Shown here: in pieces, positions 7,748 through 16,368 of the stretch | Layout of the letters: each line of letters opens with the position of its first letter | How positions within the stretch are numbered: the stretch's first letter is position 1 | NCBI GenBank assembly: GCA_050011565.1 | Contig: JBEKIW010000002.1 | Coordinates: 400,494 to 464,493 of the forward strand | Direction: 5' to 3' | Source: Dehalococcoidia bacterium | Lineage (GTDB): Bacteria; Chloroflexota; Dehalococcoidia; GIF9; UBA5629 | Length of the DNA: 64,000 nt | Translations under genes and position numbers: made by a program | Notes under the pieces: generated by a model | Told to the model about the DNA's origin: nothing | The model's input: only the letters and a program-made list of their open reading frames with translations | Database searches by the model: none

Positions 7748-8617
7748 ATGTCCATGACCATCCGTGAAACCATCCGCCGTCGGTTCAGCGTCCGGCATTA
7801 CCAACCAAAACCGGTGCCGGAAGACATCTTAAAGGCTGTTGAAAAATCCGGTGAAACATCCCTGGCTCTGGCCGACGGCATTAAAGCCCGCTTCCACTTA
7901 ATCAACGAGGGCAGGCTGGTGGCGGAGCAGATGACCTTTCAAACCGGCAGACGGTGGCTCTTCGGCTCAGCGCCGCACTTCATCATAGCCACCTCGGAGG
8001 AAAAGCCCCTGTTTATGTTGAACATGGGCTTCCGCATGGAGCAGGTGATGCTTTTTGCCACCACGCAGGGCCTGGGCACTTGCTGGATTGGCGGCCTGTT
8101 CACCGAGAAGCGAATCGGGACCTTTTTAGGATTGGATAAAGGCGAGCGCGTCATCGCCCTGACGCCGCTCGGCTATCCCGATGTCTCGTCCTACGGGCGG
8201 GCTATACACAGCATCGTTCACCTGGGCGGGCCGGATTCCAGGCGGAGGCAGCCTCTGGAGCAGATAGTCTTCGGCTCCCGGTGGGGTACGCCGCTTGAGA
8301 CTAAGGGCAACGAGCTTCTGGAAGTTTTGGAATGCACCCGCCTGGCGCCGTCGTGGGCAAATACGCAGCCCTGGCGCTTTTTAGTGAATGGCAGGGAAAT
8401 AATAGCTGTTGCCGACGCCAGCGGCAGAAACCTTTCCGTCCGCGATGGAAAGCATTATTATCGCCTCGACCTCGGCATCGCCATGGCGCATTTCTACCTG
8501 TCGGCTAAAGAGCTGGGCTGGAAAGGAAGCTGGCAGGTTACCGGCTTCGACCCGGCGCAGGTGGCTAAACAGCACGCCATTCCCGCCGGCTTTGAGGTGC
8601 TGGGGATATACAGGTGA
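7748..8617 (+). CDS. Nitroreductase-family protein (two-domain type)
   Basis: RRFSVRHY, GLGTCWIG and RLAPSWANTQPW motifs. Confidence 0.85.
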   Translation: MSMTIRETIRRRFSVRHYQPKPVPEDILKAVEKSGETSLALADGIKARFHLINEGRLVAEQMTFQTGRRWLFGSAPHFIIATSEEKPLFMLNMGFRMEQVMLFATTQGLGTCWIGGLFTEKRIGTFLGLDKGERVIALTPLGYPDVSSYGRAIHSIVHLGGPDSRRRQPLEQIVFGSRWGTPLETKGNELLEVLECTRLAPSWANTQPWRFLVNGREIIAVADASGRNLSVRDGKHYYRLDLGIAMAHFYLSAKELGWKGSWQVTGFDPAQVAKQHAIPAGFEVLGIYR

Positions 8618-8688
8618 TAGGCTATTCATTTTTGCAATAGCTTGCCCGTTAGGGTTATCATTGGTTACATCAAGAAGAAGAGTAAGAA

Positions 8689-9234
8689 ATGAAAAAGAAA
8701 TCAATCACCGTGGCGGTAAGCGGAGCCTTCGACCCCATACACGTAGGTCATATTGCCTACCTGCGTGAAGCGGCCAAACTGGGTGACAGGCTGGTGGTGA
8801 TATTGAACAACGACATTTTTCTGCTCAGGAAAAAAGGGTTTGTGTTCCGGCCGTTCGAGGACAGAAAAGAGATACTGGAGAACATTAAGGGTGTAGATGA
8901 GGTTATCGCGTCTATAGATGACGACCAGACAGTCTGTAAAACCCTGGAACTGCTCAAGCCCGATATATTCGCCAAAGGAGGCTATCGGACGGGCCCCGAA
9001 AATATTCCCGAAGCCGAGACCTGCCGCGCCATCGGCTGCAAGGTAGTCACCATGGTCGGCGGCGGCAAACTTCGCGCCGATGAGGAGTTGGACTCAAAGC
9101 TTAAGGGATTTGGCAGGCACGAGGAAGGCACGGTTGAAATCGACTGCCCCTACTGTGACGACCATCCCATATTAAAAGAGAGATGTCTCCACTGCAAAGG
9201 CAAGGGCAAGGTGGATGTGGGGAAGGCGGACTAA
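8689..9234 (+). CDS. Cytidylyltransferase/adenylyltransferase-family protein with a C-terminal Cys-rich tail
   Basis: SGAFDPIHVGH (HxGH), KPDIFAKGG; tail CPYC...CLHCKGKG. Confidence 0.85.
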   Translation: MKKKSITVAVSGAFDPIHVGHIAYLREAAKLGDRLVVILNNDIFLLRKKGFVFRPFEDRKEILENIKGVDEVIASIDDDQTVCKTLELLKPDIFAKGGYRTGPENIPEAETCRAIGCKVVTMVGGGKLRADEELDSKLKGFGRHEEGTVEIDCPYCDDHPILKERCLHCKGKGKVDVGKAD

Positions 9235-9260
9235 GTTATAATCCCACGCCCGCAACGGCT

Positions 9261-9827
9261 TTACTTCTGAGTTTCTATTGGCACTCTTCGGCGATAGGCA
9301 TAGCGTTTTTGCGTCCACAGGCCGGTGAAGAAGGCCCGGTTCATCAGATACCGGTTATCGGCCACACTCAGCAGGTCCTTGGAGACGCCGGTCTCGAAGT
9401 AAGCCACCTCGACATGCTTACCCATGTTCTTTACCGCTTGAAGTGCATAGGCGAAGTCGGCGTCACCGCTCACCAGCACTGCCACGTCGTAGAAGTCGTT
9501 CCAGGCAAAATACAGCAGGTCCGTAGCCAGCATGATATCTATGCCCTTCTCCACCGGTATTCCCTGTGACACCTTCATGCCTCCCAGCCGAATCTCCAGA
9601 TACGGTGTCTTGCGCAGTATATCGAGGAATTCCTGTTGGTCTCGATAGCCGTCGGGCTTTTGTGTCGGGTCCTGTAAGACGTTGTAATAATATGTCCGGA
9701 ACAATCGCCTGGCGCCGCATAGCTTATTGGAAAATTCAGAGAAGTTGATGTTGTGATGCCCGAAGCTACCCCGCAGACCGTGATATAAATTGCTGCCGTC
9801 TATGAAAATGGCTACTCTGTCGTCCAT
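9261..9827 (-). CDS. NYN (LabA/DUF88) domain ribonuclease-like protein
   Basis: IFIDGSN, EKGIDIMLATD and VSGDADF motifs. Confidence 0.9.
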   Translation of the reverse strand: MDDRVAIFIDGSNLYHGLRGSFGHHNINFSEFSNKLCGARRLFRTYYYNVLQDPTQKPDGYRDQQEFLDILRKTPYLEIRLGGMKVSQGIPVEKGIDIMLATDLLYFAWNDFYDVAVLVSGDADFAYALQAVKNMGKHVEVAYFETGVSKDLLSVADNRYLMNRAFFTGLWTQKRYAYRRRVPIETQK

Positions 9828-9905
9828 TACATCCTCCCTTAAGACCGGCTAAAAGCCTTTGATAATTGCATTATAACACCGAATATGGGGAGACGTATAT
9901 GAGTG

Positions 9906-10102
9906 AAAGTCAAAGGTTAAAAGCAAAAAATAAAAGGTTCACGTCAAAATTTGATAGTTATTTTTGATTTTTTACATGTACCTTTGACTTTTGGCCTTTA
10001 ACTTTTAACTTGTTGACCCCCGCTCATTCTGAGCTTGTCGAAGAATGTACCTTTTTGACTTTCGACTTGTACCTTTGACTTTTGGCCTTTAACTTTTAAC
10101 TT
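9906..10102. repeat. Heptamer-rich (TTTTAAC/TTTTGAC) inverted element with a nested GCTCATTCTGAGCTTGTCGAAG repeat
   Basis: Exact 35-nt direct repeat at 9977-10011 and 10068-10102; related units at 7715-7746, 13922-14081, 16183-16265 and 45957-46157. Confidence 0.7.
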
Positions 10103-11927
10103 AACTCTCTCGGCTGGCGGTGTGGCGGGCTCTGGCGCGCTGGTTCTGTGTCAGCAACCGCTTGCGCAGCCTGATGTTGGCCGGCGTCACCTCGATAAGC
10201 TCGTCGTCGCTGATAATGCCCAGAGATTCTTCTAGGCTGAATTTCACCGCCGGCGTCAACTTGATGGCAATATCTGATGTGGAAGCCCGGATATTGGTCT
10301 GTTTTTTCTCCTTGGCCACGTTGACCGCCAGGTCGGTCCCACGGGCATGCATGCCCACTATCATACCCTCGTACACGGCGGTGCCCGGCTCGATGAATGT
10401 TATGCCTCTTCCCTGGGCATTGTTTAATCCGTAGGTAACGGCGGTACCGGCTTCGGAAGCCACCAGCATGCCGCTGCGGGTGGAAACGATATCTCCATAC
10501 CAGGGCTCATATCCCAGGAACAAGGTGCTCATAATGCCCTCGCCCCGGGTGGCGGTCAAAAACATGCTGCGGAAGCCGATCAGGCCGCGCGTGGGGATGT
10601 GAAATTCCAGTCGCACATTGCCCTGCCCGTCGTTGCGCATATTGGCCAATCTCGCCTGGCGCGTGCTCAAAATTTCCATAAGCGCACCCACGTGTTCTTC
10701 GCGCGTATCGATGGTCAGCTCTTCCACGGGTTCCATAAGCGTGCCGTTTATTTCTTTGGTTATAACTTCAGGCTTTGAAATTTCAAACTCGAAGTCCTGG
10801 CGGCGCATAGTCTCGATAAGTATTGCCAGGTGCAGCTCGCCTCTGCCGGATACCAGGAAAATATCGGGAGTTTCGGTATCCTGCACCCTCAGGCTGAGAT
10901 TTGTTTCCAGCTCCCGATAAAGCCTTTCCCGGAGCTGCCTCGAGGTGCCGTATTTGCCTTCTCTGCCGGCGAGCGGTGAACTATTCACGCCGAACATCAT
11001 TTTTAATGTAGGTTCGCCTATCTCTATACGGGGCAGTGCCTCCGGCTGGTCGGGACTGGCTATGGTATCGCCGATACTTACTATTTCCACGCCGGTTATG
11101 GCCACGATATCGCCGGCGGTTGCCTCCTCAACTTCCGGTTGGTCGAGGCCCAAGAAGGTGAACACCTGGTTCACCTCGTAGTTCTGGGTGCTGCCGTCAG
11201 CGCCGATAACGGCCACCTTATCGTGCGGCTTAACGCTGCCGCGGTAAATTTTGCCGATGGCTAGCTTGCCTTTGTAGCTGCTATAGTCCAGGTTGGATAC
11301 CAGCATCTGGAAAGGTCCGGCCTCGATGCCGGGCGGCGGCACCTTATGGAGTATAGATTCGAACAATGGTATAAGGTCTTCGCCTTCTTTCTCCGGGTCG
11401 GTGCTAGCTGTGCCGTCCCTGGCGCTGGCGTACAGTACCGGAAAATCGAGCTGGTCGGCGTCGGTGACTAACTCCAGAAACAGGTCCTGAGTCAGCCGGA
11501 CCACCTCGGGTATCCTGGAATTTACCCTGTCAATTTTATTAATGACCACAATCGGTTTCAGCTTCTTAGCCAGTGCCTGCTTCAGCACAAACCTGGTCTG
11601 GGGCATCGGTCCATCGATAGAATCGACCAGCAGCAGGCAGCCGTCTGCCATATTCATGACGCGCTCCACTTCGCCGCTGAAATCGGCGTGGCCCGGGGTA
11701 TCTATGATATTTATCTTTACGCCGAGGTAGATTACGGCGGTGTTCTTGGCCAGTATGGTAATGCCCTTCTCCCGTTCCAGCGCGTTCCGGTCGAGTATCA
11801 AATTGCCCACCTGCTGGTTATCACGGAAGATTTTGCTTTGTTTCAGCATCATATCCACCAGGCTCGTCTTGCCATGGTCGACATGGGCGATTATGACAAT
11901 ATTTCTTAAATCGTCTCGATAGTTCAT
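10101..11927 (-). CDS. typA: Translational GTPase TypA/BipA
   Basis: IAHVDHGKTS, EKGITILAKN, DTPGHADF, NKID, GRGELHL and PTRGLIG motifs. Confidence 0.97.
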   Translation of the reverse strand: MNYRDDLRNIVIIAHVDHGKTSLVDMMLKQSKIFRDNQQVGNLILDRNALEREKGITILAKNTAVIYLGVKINIIDTPGHADFSGEVERVMNMADGCLLLVDSIDGPMPQTRFVLKQALAKKLKPIVVINKIDRVNSRIPEVVRLTQDLFLELVTDADQLDFPVLYASARDGTASTDPEKEGEDLIPLFESILHKVPPPGIEAGPFQMLVSNLDYSSYKGKLAIGKIYRGSVKPHDKVAVIGADGSTQNYEVNQVFTFLGLDQPEVEEATAGDIVAITGVEIVSIGDTIASPDQPEALPRIEIGEPTLKMMFGVNSSPLAGREGKYGTSRQLRERLYRELETNLSLRVQDTETPDIFLVSGRGELHLAILIETMRRQDFEFEISKPEVITKEINGTLMEPVEELTIDTREEHVGALMEILSTRQARLANMRNDGQGNVRLEFHIPTRGLIGFRSMFLTATRGEGIMSTLFLGYEPWYGDIVSTRSGMLVASEAGTAVTYGLNNAQGRGITFIEPGTAVYEGMIVGMHARGTDLAVNVAKEKKQTNIRASTSDIAIKLTPAVKFSLEESLGIISDDELIEVTPANIRLRKRLLTQNQRARARHTASRES

Positions 11928-11997
11928 ACCGATACGTATTTTAAGCGATTTCACACCCCGATAGCCAATTTAATGAACCTCTCCTTCTATGTCATCG

Positions 11998-12168
11998 CGG
12001 GAAGTTTAAGCGGGGCGCAGCCCCTCTTAGAAAAAATGTATCCCCTCTCCCGTGGGAGGAAGGGTGGGCAGGCATCCAGCGAGGATTTATTCCCGCTGGG
12101 ATAAGGGGAGAGGGATAGGGCAGGGTGAGGGTGAAAAGTAAAAGTAAAGGGAGATTGAGAGGGATTTT
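11998..12168. repeat. Composite intergenic palindromic element (reverse copy of the 46014/56971 core, plus AAGAGGGGCTGCGCCCC and AAGGGGAGATTGAGAGGGATTT modules)
   Basis: 12054-12134 is a near-reverse-complement of 45995-46077; 12000-12033 is a near-reverse-complement of 21702-21737. Confidence 0.75.
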
Positions 12169-12255
12169 CTCGAAGGAGTCATTAACTGTAGCCGGGATTT
12201 CCCCGTGAACCCGGATTGGAGCGATGGCGAACATCATACTTGATGCATTCTGGCT

Positions 12256-13536
12256 CTATCTAAGGGTGCATCTCTCCAGGGTCTTCGGCAAGTATTGCAT
12301 GGTGCTAAAAAGTTCGTCACCGGAAAGTTTGGCGATTCGACCGGGGCTGGAATCCTTGACAATTGATGATTTACGAACATCTACTACCAGGGCGACCTGC
12401 TCCGCAAATGCTTGACCGATCTCACCGGCGACACTTTGCCCACGGGATAAAGATTCGGATAACCCGTTAACGGTGGCCGTCAGGATTTCCGGATTGAGTT
12501 TTTTAATTGCATCTTTGGCGGCTACTATCGCGGTATACAGTAGCCCTACCTGAGCGCCCGCCTCGCGTTCGGACAGCACGCCGTCACTGTAAATTATAGA
12601 GCGCAGCCTGAAAAATTCGTCCAGAATCGTTTTGTCGCCGGTTCCGCTGGGTTTAAGTTGAGCCAGTCCATCGTCTTTAGTTATCAAACTAGCTTTAACA
12701 TCATCGACCAGGCTCTTAACTCGATTCCTCAACTTGGCGGCATCCGTAAACCAGCTCCGGATGCCGGAATATTCGTCGCTACGCCTTATCCTGAGCATTA
12801 ACCAGGCTCCATCTTCGAGCGGTGTATTCTCATAATAGGGCATTAGTATTTCACTCTGGCGTTTAACTGATAACCCGGGCTTATCCAGGTCCACTCCGTA
12901 TTTAACTGACAACCCGGGCTCATTCAGTACGGCTCCGCGATGGAAAAGTATAAAAATTTCCGGTCCTACCATGGCTTCGGGGCGTAAATAATAGTCCATA
13001 CCGGAGAAATCAAAGAATGCATCTCGTTTCAGGATGGGGTCAGCCAGTATCTTAAGTACGGCGCCGGTGATGTCCCGACCTGCGGCAGCGAGTATTCCGG
13101 CAGGTCCGGTTATGCCGGCCGTTTCCACCATTCCGGTAACTATCCCCAAACTGGCACTGGCGGCGCTTTTGAACGTATCGCTGGTGGCAGTATCTTTCCT
13201 GACTGAAGAAAATACGGCAGAAAGAGATATCGGCCCGCCCCTATAATTGCGGTCAACCAGTACGGGTTTCTCGAAAACCCGGGCGATGCGTGCTCCGGCG
13301 TGCAGGTTAAAAGCGCCTAAAGCCACCGGGTAGTTCTCTGCTCCTCCCGACATTTTGATATCCAATATACCGGAAGCTGTACGCTCCGCAAACCACAAAG
13401 GCTGTCTATTGATGAACCAGGAAACTGCATCAACACTCAAATAATGATTGCCCGCTGTCAACTTCGCCTGGTCGCTGCTGCCCTGCGGTACGATCTTATA
13501 GATATGCTGTTCCCCGTGTCCTGCTTCGGTAGCCAT
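12256..13536 (-). CDS. Hypothetical protein (426 aa), no family recognised
   Basis: Long ORF with an AAAGGAGG SD; internal 13-aa duplication (LNEPGLSVK / LDKPGLSVK). Confidence 0.8.
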   Translation of the reverse strand: MATEAGHGEQHIYKIVPQGSSDQAKLTAGNHYLSVDAVSWFINRQPLWFAERTASGILDIKMSGGAENYPVALGAFNLHAGARIARVFEKPVLVDRNYRGGPISLSAVFSSVRKDTATSDTFKSAASASLGIVTGMVETAGITGPAGILAAAGRDITGAVLKILADPILKRDAFFDFSGMDYYLRPEAMVGPEIFILFHRGAVLNEPGLSVKYGVDLDKPGLSVKRQSEILMPYYENTPLEDGAWLMLRIRRSDEYSGIRSWFTDAAKLRNRVKSLVDDVKASLITKDDGLAQLKPSGTGDKTILDEFFRLRSIIYSDGVLSEREAGAQVGLLYTAIVAAKDAIKKLNPEILTATVNGLSESLSRGQSVAGEIGQAFAEQVALVVDVRKSSIVKDSSPGRIAKLSGDELFSTMQYLPKTLERCTLR

Positions 13537-13625
13537 ACTATGCCTCCTTTGTCCCGGTTAAAAAACAGTGTTCCAAGGTAGTTCTTTCAGAAGTTCGTTA
13601 CTGAATAGATTACTGCCTGCTGGTC

Positions 13626-13773
13626 AATAGCTAATTAGTCCCCCAGTCCAATAGCCAATTAGTACGCCCCTGCTTAATCATATGCGGGTATGTTAGCTTT
13701 ATCAATAGCCAATTAGTACCCCCTGGTTAATAGCCAATTAGTACCCCCTGGTCGATAGCCAATTAGTACCCCA
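13626..13773. repeat. Tandem array of about 25-bp units, AATAGCCAATTAGTACCCCCTGGT(T/C)
   Basis: Units start at 13626, 13650, 13704, 13729 and 13754; a degenerate unit lies near 13604. Confidence 0.85.
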
Positions 13774-13826
13774 TTGCTTTAGCCCCGCCCGTGCCACCTT
13801 AAAAGGTTGCACCTGCGTGATGTGGC

Positions 13827-13906
13827 TGTCATTCTGAGCGCAGCGAGGAATCTACCCCTTTCCCACCGCCGAGATTCTTCGGTCGCGTCATTCCCTCAGA
13901 AAGACA
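13827..13906. repeat. GTCATTCTGAG...GAATCT / AGATTCTTC...CTCAGAATGAC palindromic repeat family
   Basis: Related copies at 10021-10046, 21787-21811, 41109-41194 and 59174-59328. Confidence 0.7.
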
Positions 13907-14083
13907 CATAGTGGTATACTCATTTTTGACCTTTGACTTGAACTTTTGACTTTTAACTTATTAAAAATCCCCTTTAATCCCCCTTTTCCTAAGGGGGAAA
14001 CAAAAGTAAAAGGTTAAAGGTTAAAAATTAAAGGTTCACGTCAAAAAGTTAAAAGTATTTTTGGCCTTTAGCTTTTAACTTGG

Positions 14084-15991
14084 CTAAAGCGTGATAACGA
14101 AATTGGTGATGCCGTGTTCGGTCTTTTCCCAGTAAGAAGGCTTGACTATCAGTTGCCATAGTGCCTTATATGCCCCCACGGATTGCAGCAGCCAGTAAAC
14201 CGGGCTGAGCAGCGCGTAGGGAATGAGATGATAATATTTTCTGGGCACCACCGCGAACAAGTTCAGGCAAATAACTACCGCGTTGCCCACAAACAGGTTT
14301 ATTGCCGATACATAAAACAACACTATAGGCGTCGAATGTGGAGACAGTATAGGTGCTCCGATAGTGAGAAAATATATAAACAGGCACCACATGATCGGAT
14401 TCAATAAAAATAGTGCCGGCGTTCCACCTATGAGAAGATTATACCCAAGCCACTTTTTTAATCCCATCACCTTCATTCCCTGCAATGGGTGTCTATTGTG
14501 TATCAAAAACGTTTGCATATATCCCTTAACCCAGCGGGAGCGCTGCCTCAGCCAATTCCCCAACTTGGAGTTTGCTTCCTCGTAAGTTGTCGATTTAATG
14601 ATACCAACTTTGTAGCCTTTCGCGGCGGCTCGTATGCCTAGATCGGCGTCCTCGGTCACATTGAACGGGTCCCAGGCTCCTATTTTCTTCAACTTCTGCA
14701 CATGGAAATGATTACTGGTGCCACCGAGAGGTATAGGTAGACCCATAGCATCGAGTCCGGGCAGCAGGCAATCGAACCAGTAAGTATATTCCAGGGTGAA
14801 CATCTTAGTCAGAAAATTCTCATTGCGATTGAAATAATTAAGCGAGGCTTGAAAGCAAATATAGTCATCCGGATGTGTTCGAAAGGCAACGACCGCTTTT
14901 TTCAACTGGTCAGGTTCGGGAATATCTTCGGCATCATAAATAGTCAGGTACTCGCCTCTGGCGAACTGAATTCCGTAGTTTAAAGCTTTAGGTTTTGTTT
15001 TTGGCTCGCTGTTCGGCAAAGTTAGAATCCTCCAGCTTACCGGAGGGTGCGCTTTTTTAGTAGCCTCCAATGTCTCCTTGTCGTTTTCTTCCAGCAGCAG
15101 GATTATATCCAGCTTATCGGCGGGGTAATCTAACCTTTGAACAGCTTTTATCAGGGTAGGAATGACCTTCATTTCCTTGTAAGCCGCAATGAGAACCGTA
15201 TAAACAGGCAATCTCTTCGGGTCCAGATAAAGATAATTATCCTCAGTGTATTGCCTATGCTGGGTACGCTTCAGCCCCCAGGCTGTAACAATGAACTTAT
15301 ATAGGAATGAAATCAGGTAAAAAAACTGAACAGCGAATAAAAAGATGATAAAAACAACTTGCGCATTGACAGCAATGGCAATAAATGTCGTGAGGAGAAG
15401 CAGACATAAAATGCTGATCTGCGATTTATTAAAGACCTTTTGGGCGGACTCATCAGGATTCCGGTAGAAAAGCCCGTGAACAGACTTATCAAGCATCGTG
15501 TCCCGGTAGACGGCGTCAGTTAATTTCATAATGTCCAGGTCGCTGACCACGATCTGACTGATAATCTCATGTCCGAAACGTCTTTGTAAGAAGGCAAGCG
15601 TTTCTGGATTTTCAGGTTCGGAAGTAAGCACATCGAGCGTTCCATTCGGCTTTCGAAACGGGATTGCCTGGTAGCGTGCTACCTCTTCAGGAGTAACCAG
15701 CGCCGCTAGGTCCTTATTTATATTGTTAACCATATAAGATACATCGGTGGCACAAGGAAGATGGAAATGAGAAGCCAGAGCTCGGCTCAGGTCCAGGCGA
15801 TTAATATATCCCAGTGTCGCTAGAATCCAACCCAGCCTGCCGCCGAACTGCTGTTGATACTGCAGGGCACGGTTGAGCTGAATGGGTGAAATGTAGCCGG
15901 CATCGAGCAGGATATCTCCGATTCTTCTGGAGTTTCCGTCACTCCGTTCCGGCGGTTCAATTGACAGTCTATCTTTTTCAAGAATTACCAT
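14084..15991 (-). CDS. GT2 processive glycosyltransferase with an N-terminal MshEN (c-di-GMP-binding) domain
   Basis: RIGDILLDAGYISPIQLNRALQYQ and RLGWILATLGYI MshEN repeats; KPKALN, YDAED, TEDADLG and QRSRW motifs; TM helices. Confidence 0.85.
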   Translation of the reverse strand: MVILEKDRLSIEPPERSDGNSRRIGDILLDAGYISPIQLNRALQYQQQFGGRLGWILATLGYINRLDLSRALASHFHLPCATDVSYMVNNINKDLAALVTPEEVARYQAIPFRKPNGTLDVLTSEPENPETLAFLQRRFGHEIISQIVVSDLDIMKLTDAVYRDTMLDKSVHGLFYRNPDESAQKVFNKSQISILCLLLLTTFIAIAVNAQVVFIIFLFAVQFFYLISFLYKFIVTAWGLKRTQHRQYTEDNYLYLDPKRLPVYTVLIAAYKEMKVIPTLIKAVQRLDYPADKLDIILLLEENDKETLEATKKAHPPVSWRILTLPNSEPKTKPKALNYGIQFARGEYLTIYDAEDIPEPDQLKKAVVAFRTHPDDYICFQASLNYFNRNENFLTKMFTLEYTYWFDCLLPGLDAMGLPIPLGGTSNHFHVQKLKKIGAWDPFNVTEDADLGIRAAAKGYKVGIIKSTTYEEANSKLGNWLRQRSRWVKGYMQTFLIHNRHPLQGMKVMGLKKWLGYNLLIGGTPALFLLNPIMWCLFIYFLTIGAPILSPHSTPIVLFYVSAINLFVGNAVVICLNLFAVVPRKYYHLIPYALLSPVYWLLQSVGAYKALWQLIVKPSYWEKTEHGITNFVITL

Positions 15992-16142
15992 GATTTTCCG
16001 ACCCTATCCGCATGAGTTCCATATATGATATGTGTACAGTAGTATAGTAACGTCAGGTACAGTTACGAACAATGCCCTATTAGTCCTTTTCACTGTAGGA
16101 TTATGGTAACCACAAAGAAGTAGTACTTCCGGTTTAAAATTT

Positions 16143-16303
16143 CTCCCTCCCCTGGTGGGAGGGAGTTAGAGGGAGGGGGGAAACAAAAGTCAAATATTAA
16201 AGGTTAAAAATAAAAGGTTCATGTTAAAATTTTAAAATCATCTTTGGCTTTTAACTTTTAACTTATTAAAAATCCCCCTTAATCCCCCTTTTCCAAAGGG
16301 GGA
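16143..16303. repeat. Stacked intergenic repeats (CTCCCTCCC..GGGAGGGAG hairpin, heptamer element, CCCCCTTT..AAAGGGGG hairpin)
   Basis: Modules match those at 40094, 46071, 9906 and 7196. Confidence 0.7.
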
Positions 16304-16368
16304 TAACTTTTCCACCATAAGTGGTAAAATATACGCAAACTTCCACACCACCAACGGGAGACCAAACC

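Noticed and set aside
11992-12237. 81-aa ORF, and similar ORFs at 2803-3048, 46002-46211, 56654-57166 and 59158-59391
   Set aside because: Translations of intergenic repeats or antisense shadows of real genes.
13604-13773. CRISPR array
   Set aside because: Units are directly tandem with only one unique interval, are not palindromic, and no cas genes are present; kept as a tandem repeat.
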